Shown one piece after another: positions 39,207 to 50,733 of a stretch of DNA of 64,000 bases. The position numbers and the translations under genes are program-made. Origin of the DNA: Candidatus Cloacimonadales bacterium (GTDB lineage Bacteria; Cloacimonadota; Cloacimonadia; Cloacimonadales; JAFGVF01); contig OY782781.1 in NCBI GenBank assembly GCA_963678315.1, forward strand, positions 1,952,001 through 2,016,000, written 5' to 3'. Positions within the stretch are counted from its first letter, which is position 1, and each line of letters starts with the position of its first letter. A model generated the notes under the pieces. That model did no database searches, was not told the origin of the DNA, and worked only from the letters and a program-made list of their open reading frames with translations.

Positions 39207-39215
39207 GACATATTT

Positions 39216-39238
39216 AAGGGGTGTAATGCCCCTTTTTT
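39216..39238 (+). terminator. Terminator after rpsO
   Basis: AAGGGGT-gtaat-GCCCCTT followed by a T-run. Confidence 0.75.
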
Positions 39239-39254
39239 ATATTATCAATAAAGT

Positions 39255-39321
39255 ACTGGACTTAGAGCAATACACTTAGTATATTTTCTAATGTATAATA
39301 AGTATATTGCTTTTCTCCAGT
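39255..39321 (+). promoter_or_regulatory. Long hairpin in the pnp leader (candidate RNase III site)
   Basis: ACTGGA/TCCAGT, AGCAATA/TATTGCT and ACTTA/TAAGT stacked stems, ending 26 nt before the pnp ATG. Confidence 0.6.
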
Positions 39322-39347
39322 TAACAAACATATACTAAGGAGTCAAA

Positions 39348-41597
39348 ATGCATAATTTTGATATTACAAAAAAAACATTCAATATGAATGGTACAGAAAT
39401 TACTGCGGAAACTGGAAGAATTGCAAAACAAGCAAATGGATCAATTTTTATATCACAAGGTCAAACAACCTTATTAGTTACAGCTACAATGGGTAAAGTA
39501 CCAAGTGTACCTACAGACTTTTTCCCTTTAACAGTTGATTATGTAGAAAAAATGTATGCTTCAGGAAAAATTCCTGGTGGATTCATCAAAAGAGAAGCTA
39601 GACCTTCTACAGACGCTACTTTAACTGCACGTGTTATTGACCGTTCAATTAGACCTTTATTCCCAGAAGGATTTAGAAACCCTGTTCATGTTGTAGTAAC
39701 TATTCTTTCTTATGATGGAATTAACGATCCAAACATGTTAGGTTTAGTTGGTGCTTCATTGGCATTAACAATTTCTGATATTCCTTTCCATGGACCTATT
39801 GCCGGTGTTGCTGTAGGATGGGTAGATGGTGAAGCTGTTGTTAATCCTCCAATAAACGTGTTAAATGATGAATCTGACTTACATTTAAGCTTAGCTGGTT
39901 CTGATACATCTATCTGTATGATTGAATCATCAGCCAATGAACTTAAAGAAGATCAAATGCTTACTGCAATCTTTAAAGGCCATGATAAAATTAAAGAATT
40001 AGTTGAATGGCAAAGAGAATTTGCTAAAGATTGTGCTAAAGAAAAAGTTGAGATAGAACTTGATATTATTCCAGAAGAAATAATTGAAAATATCTCAAAA
40101 GACTTTGGTGACAAAATCAAAGAAGCAGCATTAATTAAAGGTAAACTTGAAAGATATGAAGCTTTTGCTACTTTAAAAGAAGAAGTAGTAGAACATTTTG
40201 CTTCTATGATTGCTGAAGAAGAATTTGCTGAATTAGAAAGATACTATAAAAATGGTTTTGAAGAACTTATTAAAAAATTTGTAAGACATGCTATTCTTTA
40301 TAATAACCACCGTGTAGATGGTAGAACAATGGACGAAATCAGAGATATTACATGTGAAATTGATATCTTACCTAGAGTTCATGGTTCAGCATTGTTTACA
40401 AGAGGTGAAACTCAAAGTATAGGAACAGTAACTCTCGCTGGTGCTGATTCTGTTCAAATGGTTGATGGTTTAGCTGCTGAATATAAAAAAGACTTCTACT
40501 TACATTACAACTTCCCGCCATATAGTGTTGGTGAAGCTGGCTTTATGAGAGGTCCTGGACGTCGTGAATTAGGTCATGGTAATTTAGCTGAAACAGCACT
40601 TCAACCAATTATACCATCTAAAGATGATTTCCCATACACAATTAGAGTAGTTTCAGATATCACTGAATCTAATGGTTCTTCATCACAAGCTACTATCTGT
40701 AGTGGTTCTTTAGCTTTAATGGCTGCTGGTGTTCCAATTAAGGCACCTGTAGCAGGTATTGCTAACGGTTTGATTATGGAAGGTGAAGACTATGTTGTTC
40801 TAACTGATATTATGGGTCTTGAAGATCACTTGGGTGATATGGACTTCAAAGTTGCAGGTACTAGAGATGGTATTACTGCTATGCAAATGGATATCAAAAT
40901 AGAAGGTATCACCGAAGCTATCATGAGAGAAGCATTATCTAAAGCTTATACTGCAAGAAATGAAATTCTTGATAGTATGGAAGCATGTATTGCTGCTCCG
41001 AAAGAAGACTTATCTGAATTCGCTCCTAGAATCGTTACTCTTAAAGTTCCTGTTGACAAAATAGGTGAGATAATCGGTAAAGGTGGTGAAACTATCAAAG
41101 GAATTATTGAAGAAACTGGTGTTGCAATTGATATTTCTGATGATGGTAATGTTAACATTCTTTCAGCAGATAAGAATTCATTACAGAGTGCTAAGGATAT
41201 TATCAACAATATTACTAGTATGCCTAAATATGATGTTGTATATGAGGGTGTCGTTTCTAGAATTGAAACTTATGGTGCTTTCATTAAAATAATGGGTGGT
41301 TATAAAGAAGGATTATGTCATGTTTCTAACATGCATACTGATAGGGTAGCTCATCCAGAAGATATAGTTAAACTTGGAGATAAAGTTTTCGTAACACTTA
41401 AAGCTATCGAACAAGGCAAAATTAATCTTAGCATGAAAGGTGTAGATGGTAATCCTGAACACAAACCAGATCCAAACAGACCAAAACCAGAAAGAAGACC
41501 TAGTAATGACCGTAATGGTGGTAGATATTCTAGAGGAAATGATAGAAATAACTCTAGAGGAAGAAATGATAGGTCAAACAATAATAGAAGAAATTAG
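39348..41597 (+). CDS. pnp: Polyribonucleotide nucleotidyltransferase
   Basis: DFFPLTVDY, GKIPGGF.KRE, HGSALFTRGETQ, RRELGHG, GDMDFKVAG, KH and S1 domains. Confidence 0.99.
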   Translation: MHNFDITKKTFNMNGTEITAETGRIAKQANGSIFISQGQTTLLVTATMGKVPSVPTDFFPLTVDYVEKMYASGKIPGGFIKREARPSTDATLTARVIDRSIRPLFPEGFRNPVHVVVTILSYDGINDPNMLGLVGASLALTISDIPFHGPIAGVAVGWVDGEAVVNPPINVLNDESDLHLSLAGSDTSICMIESSANELKEDQMLTAIFKGHDKIKELVEWQREFAKDCAKEKVEIELDIIPEEIIENISKDFGDKIKEAALIKGKLERYEAFATLKEEVVEHFASMIAEEEFAELERYYKNGFEELIKKFVRHAILYNNHRVDGRTMDEIRDITCEIDILPRVHGSALFTRGETQSIGTVTLAGADSVQMVDGLAAEYKKDFYLHYNFPPYSVGEAGFMRGPGRRELGHGNLAETALQPIIPSKDDFPYTIRVVSDITESNGSSSQATICSGSLALMAAGVPIKAPVAGIANGLIMEGEDYVVLTDIMGLEDHLGDMDFKVAGTRDGITAMQMDIKIEGITEAIMREALSKAYTARNEILDSMEACIAAPKEDLSEFAPRIVTLKVPVDKIGEIIGKGGETIKGIIEETGVAIDISDDGNVNILSADKNSLQSAKDIINNITSMPKYDVVYEGVVSRIETYGAFIKIMGGYKEGLCHVSNMHTDRVAHPEDIVKLGDKVFVTLKAIEQGKINLSMKGVDGNPEHKPDPNRPKPERRPSNDRNGGRYSRGNDRNNSRGRNDRSNNNRRN

Positions 41598-41612
41598 TTT
41601 TTGAGGTGATAA

Positions 41613-43019
<1,407 letters not shown>

Positions 43020-43030
43020 TTATAACAAAT

Positions 43031-43058
43031 AGAGTAGCTCAAATATGGGCTACTCTTT
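43031..43058 (+). terminator. Terminator-like hairpin after ahcY
   Basis: AGAGTAGCTC-aaatat-GGGCTACTCT followed by TT. Confidence 0.7.
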
Positions 43059-43076
43059 ACCTTTTTGGACTATACA

Positions 43077-43646
43077 ATGGCTACAAAGAAACCTATTTAC
43101 GTTGATGAATTGTTTGGCACAATTGCTACAACTGACGAGAATGAAGAAATTAAGTGGTATGTTGTAAGAACTAAACCACAAAGAGAAAAGAAGTTAGCTC
43201 AATGGGCTAAAGATAATGAAATAGAATACTACCTCCCTCAATATACAAGCACTAGAATATATAAATACCGCAAAATAGAATTTACTAAGCCACTATTCCC
43301 AGGTTATCTATTTGTTAAAATGAATAAAAAACAACAAGAAATTCTTTATAGACCTGGACATCTAGTTACGTTTGTTAAAGTAAAAAACGAAAGAGAACTT
43401 GTGGCAGAACTTCAACAAATCTATATAGTAAGTAAATTTGGTATTAACATGCAACCTGTTGAGGATTATTCTATTCTTGAAAGAGGTACAAAGGTTAGAG
43501 TTACTAAAGGATCTTTACAAGGATTGATTGGTTTTGTTATTGAGTCTGAGAATAGTGACAAAGTGCTAATTTCTGTAAACATAATTAGACAAGCTGTTGA
43601 AGTAACATTAGATAGAGGATCTTTTGAAGTAGTTAAGGAGGATTAA
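43077..43646 (+). CDS. UpxY/RfaH-family NusG-paralogue transcription antiterminator
   Basis: WYVVRTKPQREKK, YYLP, PLFPGYLFV NGN domain and KOW GTKVRVTKGSLQGLIG; start may be 43065 or 43077. Confidence 0.88.
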   Translation: MATKKPIYVDELFGTIATTDENEEIKWYVVRTKPQREKKLAQWAKDNEIEYYLPQYTSTRIYKYRKIEFTKPLFPGYLFVKMNKKQQEILYRPGHLVTFVKVKNERELVAELQQIYIVSKFGINMQPVEDYSILERGTKVRVTKGSLQGLIGFVIESENSDKVLISVNIIRQAVEVTLDRGSFEVVKED

Positions 43647-44662
43647 TGAAAACACTTTTACTTACTGGTGGTGCAGGTTATATTGGAAGTCATACATGTG
43701 TTGAACTTATTGAAAGTGGATTTGGTATTATTGTCGTAGATAATCTTTCAAATAGTAGTGAAGAATCATTAAAAAGAATCGAACAGATTACAGGCAAAAC
43801 TATAAACTTCATTAAAGGGGATGTTCGAGATTACAAGCTAATGACTTCAGTTTTTAAAGAAAACTCTATCTATGGAGTTATACATTTTGCAGGATTGAAA
43901 GCTGTGGGAGAATCAAATACAATTCCTTTAGAATACTATGACAATAACTTAAATAGTACCTTAAACTTGCTCAAGGTTATGAAAGAAAATAAGTGCTTTA
44001 ACTTTATATTTTCTTCTTCTGCTACTGTTTATGGAATACCAAAAAAGCTTCCTTTAGTCGAAGATATGCCTTTATCAGTAACCAACCCTTATGGACAAAC
44101 TAAACTAATGATAGAGAATATTCTAAAAGATTTATCTAAAGCTGAAGCTAACTGGAATATTGTCATTCTAAGATACTTTAATCCCGTTGGAGCACATGCT
44201 AGTGGACTGATTGGAGAAGATCCTAATGGAATGCCAAATAACCTTCTTCCATTCATTACTCAGGTTGCAGTAGGTAAACTAAAAGAACTTAGTATTTTTG
44301 GCAATGATTACGATACTCACGATGGAACTGGTGTTCGAGATTATATTCATGTGGTTGATTTAGCTAGGGGGCATGTTGCAGGAACTAGTAAATTAGTTGA
44401 AGGTTCAGGATTAAGTATTTATAACCTTGGTTCAGGTCATGGATATAGTGTTCTTGACATGTTGGAGATGTTTCGTAAAGTTTGTAATCAGGACATTCCT
44501 TATAAGATTGTTGGACGTAGGGAAGGAGATGTAGGTAAGTGTTTTGCTGATCCAACTAAAGCTAACCTTGAGTTGAATTGGCGTACAGAACATGATTTGG
44601 AAGATATTTGCCGTGATGCGTGGAAGTGGCAAAGTCTTAACCCTAACGGTTACAGAGAATAA
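43646..44662 (+). CDS. galE: UDP-glucose 4-epimerase
   Basis: TGGAGYIGSHT, HFAGLKAVGES, SSSATVYG, YGQTK, LRYFNPVGAH. Confidence 0.97.
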   Translation: MKTLLLTGGAGYIGSHTCVELIESGFGIIVVDNLSNSSEESLKRIEQITGKTINFIKGDVRDYKLMTSVFKENSIYGVIHFAGLKAVGESNTIPLEYYDNNLNSTLNLLKVMKENKCFNFIFSSSATVYGIPKKLPLVEDMPLSVTNPYGQTKLMIENILKDLSKAEANWNIVILRYFNPVGAHASGLIGEDPNGMPNNLLPFITQVAVGKLKELSIFGNDYDTHDGTGVRDYIHVVDLARGHVAGTSKLVEGSGLSIYNLGSGHGYSVLDMLEMFRKVCNQDIPYKIVGRREGDVGKCFADPTKANLELNWRTEHDLEDICRDAWKWQSLNPNGYRE

Positions 44663-44679
44663 AATAAAAGAGGTCAATT

Positions 44680-45999
44680 ATGAAGCTTGCAGTTGTCGGA
44701 ACTGGCTATGTCGGATTAGTAACAGGAACTTGTTTTGCAGAAATGGGTAACCAAGTAATTTGTGTTGATAATGATAAAAGTAAGATTGATTTGTTAAATA
44801 ATGGTGGTATTCCTATCTGGGAACCAGGTCTAGAAGAAATGGTTGTAAGCAATCATAAAGAAGGTAGATTAACTTTTACTACTGATATCGCTAGTGCAGT
44901 TAAAGCTTCTGATATCTGCTTCATTGCTGTTGGAACTCCTCCTGATGAAGATGGCTCAGCTGACTTACAGTATGTACTTGCAGTAGCAACTGATATTGCT
45001 ACTCACATGAATGGTCATAAGATTATCATTGATAAATCTACTGTTCCAATTGGCACTGCAGATAAAGTAAGAGCAAGAGTGCAAAAGGTTCTTGATGAAA
45101 GAGGAGTTGATTATACTTTCGATGTTGTATCTAATCCTGAATTCTTAAAAGAAGGTGACGCTATTTCTGATAGTATGAAGCCTGATAGAGTAGTTGTTGG
45201 AACTGATAATCCTAAGTGTGCTGAAATTATGCATGAACTATATAAGCCATTTGCTCGCTCTAGAGAAAAGGTGATTATTATGTCAATTAGATCAGCTGAA
45301 ATGACTAAATACGCTGCGAATTCAATGCTTGCTACTAAGATTTCATTTATGAATGATATTGCAAGACTTTGTGAATTAGTTGGTGCAGATGTAAGTGATG
45401 TACGTCATGGCATTGGTTCTGATTCTCGTATTGGCTACCAATTTATATATCCCGGTGCTGGTTATGGTGGATCATGCTTCCCTAAAGATGTAAAAGCTTT
45501 AATTAAAATAGCAGAAAAAGAAGGCATGGATGCTAGAGTTCTAAGAGCTGTTGAAGATGTTAATGATGATCAAAAACGTCTTATGGCTGAAAAGGTAATT
45601 AAGAGATTTGGTAATGACTTATCCGGAAAGACTATTGCTATCTGGGGACTGTCATTCAAACCTAAAACTGATGATATGAGAGAAGCGCCATCTAGAGTAA
45701 TTATCGGAATGCTTAAAGAAGCAGGTGCTAAGATTGTCGCTTATGACCCAGTTGCTATGGAAGAAGCACAAAGAATATTTGGTGATGATCCTCAAATTAG
45801 CTATGCAGAAGGTAATTATGAAGCTCTTAAAGATGCTGATGCTCTAGTGTTGGTTACAGAATGGAACCAATTCAGAAACCCTGATTTTAATGCAATCAAA
45901 GATAGATTGAAAAACCCAATAATATTCGATGGAAGAAATCAATATAATCCAAGAGAATTGAAAGAGCTTGGCTTTGAGTATTTCTCTATCGGTAGATAG
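44680..45999 (+). CDS. ugd: UDP-glucose 6-dehydrogenase
   Basis: [48 protein letters not shown]. Confidence 0.95.
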   Translation: MKLAVVGTGYVGLVTGTCFAEMGNQVICVDNDKSKIDLLNNGGIPIWEPGLEEMVVSNHKEGRLTFTTDIASAVKASDICFIAVGTPPDEDGSADLQYVLAVATDIATHMNGHKIIIDKSTVPIGTADKVRARVQKVLDERGVDYTFDVVSNPEFLKEGDAISDSMKPDRVVVGTDNPKCAEIMHELYKPFARSREKVIIMSIRSAEMTKYAANSMLATKISFMNDIARLCELVGADVSDVRHGIGSDSRIGYQFIYPGAGYGGSCFPKDVKALIKIAEKEGMDARVLRAVEDVNDDQKRLMAEKVIKRFGNDLSGKTIAIWGLSFKPKTDDMREAPSRVIIGMLKEAGAKIVAYDPVAMEEAQRIFGDDPQISYAEGNYEALKDADALVLVTEWNQFRNPDFNAIKDRLKNPIIFDGRNQYNPRELKELGFEYFSIGR

Positions 46000-46004
46000 A
46001 TTAT

Positions 46005-46032
46005 AAGCGAGGTTAATCCTCGCTTTTATTTT
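46005..46032 (+). terminator. Intrinsic terminator after ugd
   Basis: AAGCGAGG-ttaat-CCTCGCTT followed by TTATTTT. Confidence 0.75.
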
Positions 46033-46037
46033 TACTT

Positions 46038-46481
46038 ATGAATGATGAATTTTATATAAGAAAAGCTATTGAACAAGCTATTAAAGCTCAGGAAGAGGGT
46101 GAAATCCCTGTAGGAGCACTATTAGTAAAAGATAATGAGATAGTTGCTAGCAATCACAACAGAACAATTCAATTAAACAATCCTCTTGCTCACGCTGAGA
46201 AGCTAATACTTGATTCAGTAGAAGAGAAGTTCTTATATGATTATACCCTATACATCACTTTGGAACCATGTATAATGTGTTCAGGAATGATAATTTTACG
46301 TCGAGTTGGTAGGGTTGTTTTTGGGGCTTTTGATTTAAAAGGTGGAGCTTGTGGTTCTGTATATAATGTACTGCTAGATAAAAGAATTAATCATACACCA
46401 AAATTAACAAGTGGTCTGTTAAAAGATGAATGTTCTCAGATATTGACAGAGTTCTTTGCTAGCAAAAGAAGAAAGAAGTAA
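46038..46481 (+). CDS. tadA: tRNA adenosine(34) deaminase
   Basis: GEIPVGA, AHAE, TLEPCIMCSG, GACGS, FF..KR. Confidence 0.9.
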   Translation: MNDEFYIRKAIEQAIKAQEEGEIPVGALLVKDNEIVASNHNRTIQLNNPLAHAEKLILDSVEEKFLYDYTLYITLEPCIMCSGMIILRRVGRVVFGAFDLKGGACGSVYNVLLDKRINHTPKLTSGLLKDECSQILTEFFASKRRKK

Positions 46482-46485
46482 TTGC

Positions 46486-47046
46486 ATGAAGATATTAAAA
46501 GAAGAAGATTATATTGTAACTGAGTGGAGTGGGGGGAAGACCAAACAGCTTTATATCTATCCTGAAGATGCAAACTTGCAAGAAAGAAACTTTATATTTA
46601 GGATTAGTTCTGCTACGGTCGAAGTTGAAGAAAGTAAATTTTCAAAGTTTGAAGGTTATGACAGAGAGTTAATGGTCATTGATGGAAAGCTAGAAATCAA
46701 ACATGATGAACATCATTCGGCAGTATTAAATCAATTTGATGTTGATTCTTTTAGTGGAGAATGGAATACTATTTCTCATGGTAAGGTAACAGATTTTAAT
46801 TTAATCTATAAGAAGGGTAATGTTGGTAAGTTGATTTATCTACCAATGGTAAAAGAACAAGTACTTGAATTTCCGCATGCTAGCACTAGCTTATTTGCTA
46901 TATATGTCTATGAAGGTGGAGTTTTGATTAATAATAGTAAGTTGATAAAAGAAGGTAACTTATTGGTCTCACGTTTAGATCAAGTAATAAGAATAAGATC
47001 TTTAGAAGACTCAGCATTGATTATTTCTAGGATTTCTATTCGTTAA
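46486..47046 (+). CDS. HutD/Ves-family cupin protein
   Basis: WSGGKT.QL, FRISSATVE...S.FS.F.GYDR, DFNL. Confidence 0.85.
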   Translation: MKILKEEDYIVTEWSGGKTKQLYIYPEDANLQERNFIFRISSATVEVEESKFSKFEGYDRELMVIDGKLEIKHDEHHSAVLNQFDVDSFSGEWNTISHGKVTDFNLIYKKGNVGKLIYLPMVKEQVLEFPHASTSLFAIYVYEGGVLINNSKLIKEGNLLVSRLDQVIRIRSLEDSALIISRISIR

Positions 47047-47060
47047 TCTTTGTAAATTTA

Positions 47061-47089
47061 AAAAGCCCAAGTTTAAACACTTGGGCTTT
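47061..47089. terminator. Bidirectional terminator
   Basis: AAAGCCCAAGT-ttaaac-ACTTGGGCTTT between convergent genes. Confidence 0.8.
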
Positions 47090-47105
47090 GTTATATGTTT
47101 AAATC

Positions 47106-50100
47106 TTATTTCATAAGAATCATTTTTCTTGTTAATGTTTTGTCAGCAGTTTTAAGTTTATAGTAGTAAACACCGCTAGCAACATTACTATCATTATTAT
47201 TTGTTCCATTCCAAACAATGTTATGTGCACCTTTCATCATTTCACCAGCAACTAGAGTTTTAACTAATTGACCTTTCACATTATATACTGATAAGTTAAC
47301 ATCATCATAGTTTTCTTTTAAAGAAAATGAAATGTTAGTTTCAGGGTTAAATGGGTTAGGGTAGTTTTGACTTAATGAATTGCTTAATAAAGCTTGTTCA
47401 GGATCATTGCTTACATATTCATCTGGAGCGTTCTTAGTGAATTTTATTGCCATTCCATTTTGAAGTTCGTTACCTGATTCAGGGTAGATATCAGCATAAG
47501 TGTACAATACACCATCTTCTTGGATTCCATTCTCAATACCTACTGTTGAGTAGTTAGAAGTAATCGCAGGGTTAGTTATTGTATGATATTGATAAGTGAT
47601 ATCTCCATCTTCATTATTCATTGGTTCTAAAATTACTTGGAACTTTTCTAATTCAGCATTTTCGAACTGGTTGATTGTATATTGACTGTAGCAGTCATTC
47701 CATTCGATAATATATCTGTTGTTAGCTTGATCATGATATGTTATAATTCTCATATCATCAAATACATTTTCTTCAGACTGGAGACCTTTTAAATCATCCC
47801 AATAAGGACATAATTGATATTTAGGACCTAATAAAGAAGGAATGTTTAAGTTTCTAAAGTTGATATACCAGGTTGAACCGAAACTTGCCCATCCATTTGA
47901 ACAGATGGTTATTTGGTCAAAATCTTCACCATAGTATTTGAAACTAAATGGTAAGCTTGTAACAAATGACTCATCATCTCCTACTAAAGTAACTTGGCCA
48001 TTACCGCCATCACGAGGATCGATTTCCATCCAGTCGTAGCTAGGAGCTTGTGAGTAGTCAGTATCGAAGCTGTCATAAGCCCAGTATCCATAAGTGTCTG
48101 GTCCAGTTGGGTCTGTAGATTCAACACCGCCAACATTTGCTACTGCAAATTGAGTTACTGTGTAACCTGAAGCATTTTCGATAAAGTCAAATCTGAATGG
48201 TACATGTGCACCTGGAGTAGCATCAGCAGCAACTTCTGGTGAGAATGTAATTGTCAAATCTTCATTTTCTTCTGTTGCACCATAGTTAACTTCTAAGTCA
48301 GAATTAAGAATTGCTGTGTGTAATGCTCTGATTCTAACTGTACCAGAAGCTAATGCTTCATTACCAATGTTTTCAAAAGTGAATGAAAGTTCACTACTGT
48401 TACCAACTAGCATCTCTCCTGATTTGTCTTCTAATTGAAGGAATCCACCACCTAACGGTAAGCTAAATTTTTCAGTATTTCCTGATTGGCTAAATTCTAA
48501 ATCAAACTGAGCCATTTCTCCAAACTCTGCTACATCAGATACTGATACTTCAAAAGATATATTAGAAGTTCCATTATTACTGATTGAACTAATGTTTGCT
48601 GTGTTATTTGTTACAGTAACATTAGGATTGTTAGAAACTAAAGTAGCTGTTACATTGTTATATTCTGACCCATGATTAAGTACTTGGATATCCAAGGTAG
48701 AGTTGTATCCAGGTTGGAATTGTCCATCAACATCAATATCAGATACAGCTATATTGCTATTTGCATTGATAGGTATAGTAACTCGTAATGGTTCATAATT
48801 TGATTTTGTGATTTGTAATTTAACTTCATCACCTTCAATAGATGTGTCTATTGGAACGATTGCATGCCCATTATCTACTCTTACATATTCAAAACTTAAG
48901 TCATCTTTTGTAGTAGTTACAAAAGCATTGTGAAGACCTGCTAAATCTAATTCTATATATGAAGTACCTGAGTCTAAACTTTGTGGTAAGTCCGCAAAAA
49001 GTGTATTTGGTTCAAGAACCCACATCTTTAATGAAGGATCACAAAGCATATTATATACGTGGAAATAGAAAGCAACAAGACCACCATCTTCAATATCTAA
49101 TGGATAGTTTTTGTATAATTCAACTTTACCATCTAAAACAGTAGTACCAAAGATTCTATTACCATCTTGTAAGAAACTTGAGAACATACCAGCTGAGATT
49201 GCATTATTAAGTTTTGTTTTAGTGTGTAAATCAGATGGACCTACGAATGCTACACAACCACTAGGGTTTGCTGGAGTACCCATTCGCATCCATTTTTCAC
49301 CAAAGTTAGGATTAACAGAGTTAGCAAAGTCACCAGTATTACATACAATTGAATAAACAATAGGTAATTGGTTTAGATTTGATGTTTGATCTAAATCTTC
49401 TTTATGGAATAGAGGATAGTGCCATCCATTAGCATCACCCCAACCACGATAAGAAATATATTGTGCACCATTATTAATACCAGAAATGATAGAAGAAGTT
49501 CCTGGGAATGTAGGTGGGTAGAATACTGTATCTACTTGAGCATAACCAGCTTCAAACATTCTTTCACGTATCCATTTAGACATTCTTACAGGAGTTGAAG
49601 GTTGGAGTTGCCCTTCAGCAAAGTTTCCTGCAACAACTAGAGATTTATGCATCCATTCATTGTTGTCAGACAATTGATTTCTTTCATAATTTCTAGTTTT
49701 AATAATCATTGTTAGGAGCTGAGAAGTGTCATTTGCAGAGAATCTACCAATCATTGCTTCAGGGAAATAGTCATCGCCTTCTAGCATAGTATAGAAGTTA
49801 TCATCTGCGTCATTTTCTGTTCCGTCAGGAGAAATGTACATATTTGTTGGAATGGATAATTCACCAATTGTATCACCTAATAGAAGTATGTAATCTGGGT
49901 GATGTTCTTCGTAGTAGCTATAAATATGTTGCTTAACATGAGCAGCTGTGTCCCAAGTGTTATCTTTCATAATTATATCAACTACAAAACCTGATGCTCT
50001 CTTCCATCTAGCAAATTCGTTTACATAAACATTGGCAGAACTTGAAGAATTAATGATTAACATTTTTGGTCTTGCCAAAGGTAAAGTTTGTAAATAAGAA

Positions 50101-50567
50101 TCTTCGAAATTGTCAGCTAATTTGCTATATGTAGCTCTGAAAGCTTCAGAAACACTTTCAGGGATTTCAACACTATTTATACCTGTTAGAGTAAAATCAA
50201 TAGCTTCTAAAACAGTAGTTCCTCTTTCTGTTTCTTGAGTCGCATTCATAACAACTGTAAAACCATACATTTCCCTCATTTGAAAATTGTGGGCAATAGT
50301 TGCTATGTTTTCATCAATATCTCTAGTAGATTCAACAATGTTGCCTAACTCATCATAAGTTGTAAGTTGTGCTGAGTTGATTGTTAAAACTGCTTCGGTA
50401 GCTGGAATAGCAAAAGTTCTAGAAAGTCTTTCAGGGATTTCTTCTCGTGTGTCCATTCTGTAAGAATAATCAACTGAGTTTCCTACAGTAGAAATTCTTT
50501 CATTGGAAATCGCATTTAAACTTGCTATTAGTAACAAAACTAACAAGAACACTATGTTCTTCTTCAT
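47106..50567 (-). CDS. Secreted C25 (gingipain-like) family protein with FlgD-Ig/T9SS-type CTD
   Basis: YILLLGD, D..Y..LEGDDYFPE..IGRFS, YE, SIVCNTGDF, FGE.W, YNMLCDPSL; GPDTYGYWAYD domain; QNYPNPFNP CTD; ATG at 50567 follows GGAGG. Confidence 0.85.
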   Translation of the reverse strand: MKKNIVFLLVLLLIASLNAISNERISTVGNSVDYSYRMDTREEIPERLSRTFAIPATEAVLTINSAQLTTYDELGNIVESTRDIDENIATIAHNFQMREMYGFTVVMNATQETERGTTVLEAIDFTLTGINSVEIPESVSEAFRATYSKLADNFEDSYLQTLPLARPKMLIINSSSSANVYVNEFARWKRASGFVVDIIMKDNTWDTAAHVKQHIYSYYEEHHPDYILLLGDTIGELSIPTNMYISPDGTENDADDNFYTMLEGDDYFPEAMIGRFSANDTSQLLTMIIKTRNYERNQLSDNNEWMHKSLVVAGNFAEGQLQPSTPVRMSKWIRERMFEAGYAQVDTVFYPPTFPGTSSIISGINNGAQYISYRGWGDANGWHYPLFHKEDLDQTSNLNQLPIVYSIVCNTGDFANSVNPNFGEKWMRMGTPANPSGCVAFVGPSDLHTKTKLNNAISAGMFSSFLQDGNRIFGTTVLDGKVELYKNYPLDIEDGGLVAFYFHVYNMLCDPSLKMWVLEPNTLFADLPQSLDSGTSYIELDLAGLHNAFVTTTKDDLSFEYVRVDNGHAIVPIDTSIEGDEVKLQITKSNYEPLRVTIPINANSNIAVSDIDVDGQFQPGYNSTLDIQVLNHGSEYNNVTATLVSNNPNVTVTNNTANISSISNNGTSNISFEVSVSDVAEFGEMAQFDLEFSQSGNTEKFSLPLGGGFLQLEDKSGEMLVGNSSELSFTFENIGNEALASGTVRIRALHTAILNSDLEVNYGATEENEDLTITFSPEVAADATPGAHVPFRFDFIENASGYTVTQFAVANVGGVESTDPTGPDTYGYWAYDSFDTDYSQAPSYDWMEIDPRDGGNGQVTLVGDDESFVTSLPFSFKYYGEDFDQITICSNGWASFGSTWYINFRNLNIPSLLGPKYQLCPYWDDLKGLQSEENVFDDMRIITYHDQANNRYIIEWNDCYSQYTINQFENAELEKFQVILEPMNNEDGDITYQYHTITNPAITSNYSTVGIENGIQEDGVLYTYADIYPESGNELQNGMAIKFTKNAPDEYVSNDPEQALLSNSLSQNYPNPFNPETNISFSLKENYDDVNLSVYNVKGQLVKTLVAGEMMKGAHNIVWNGTNNNDSNVASGVYYYKLKTADKTLTRKMILMK

Positions 50568-50733
50568 ATCTATCCTCCAATTTATATTCATTATTATAAT
50601 ATATATATTTTACTTATATGCAATAAGTATTCCTTGATAATAAAAAACTACAAAATTACCTACTAATACATTATTTGATATTATTGTTACATGTTGATGC
50701 ACTATTGGTCAGATTGATTAAAATTAACTTGCA

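Noticed and set aside
41470..41597. Arg/Asn/Asp repeats at the PNPase C-terminus
   Set aside because: Low-complexity charged tails are common on PNPase
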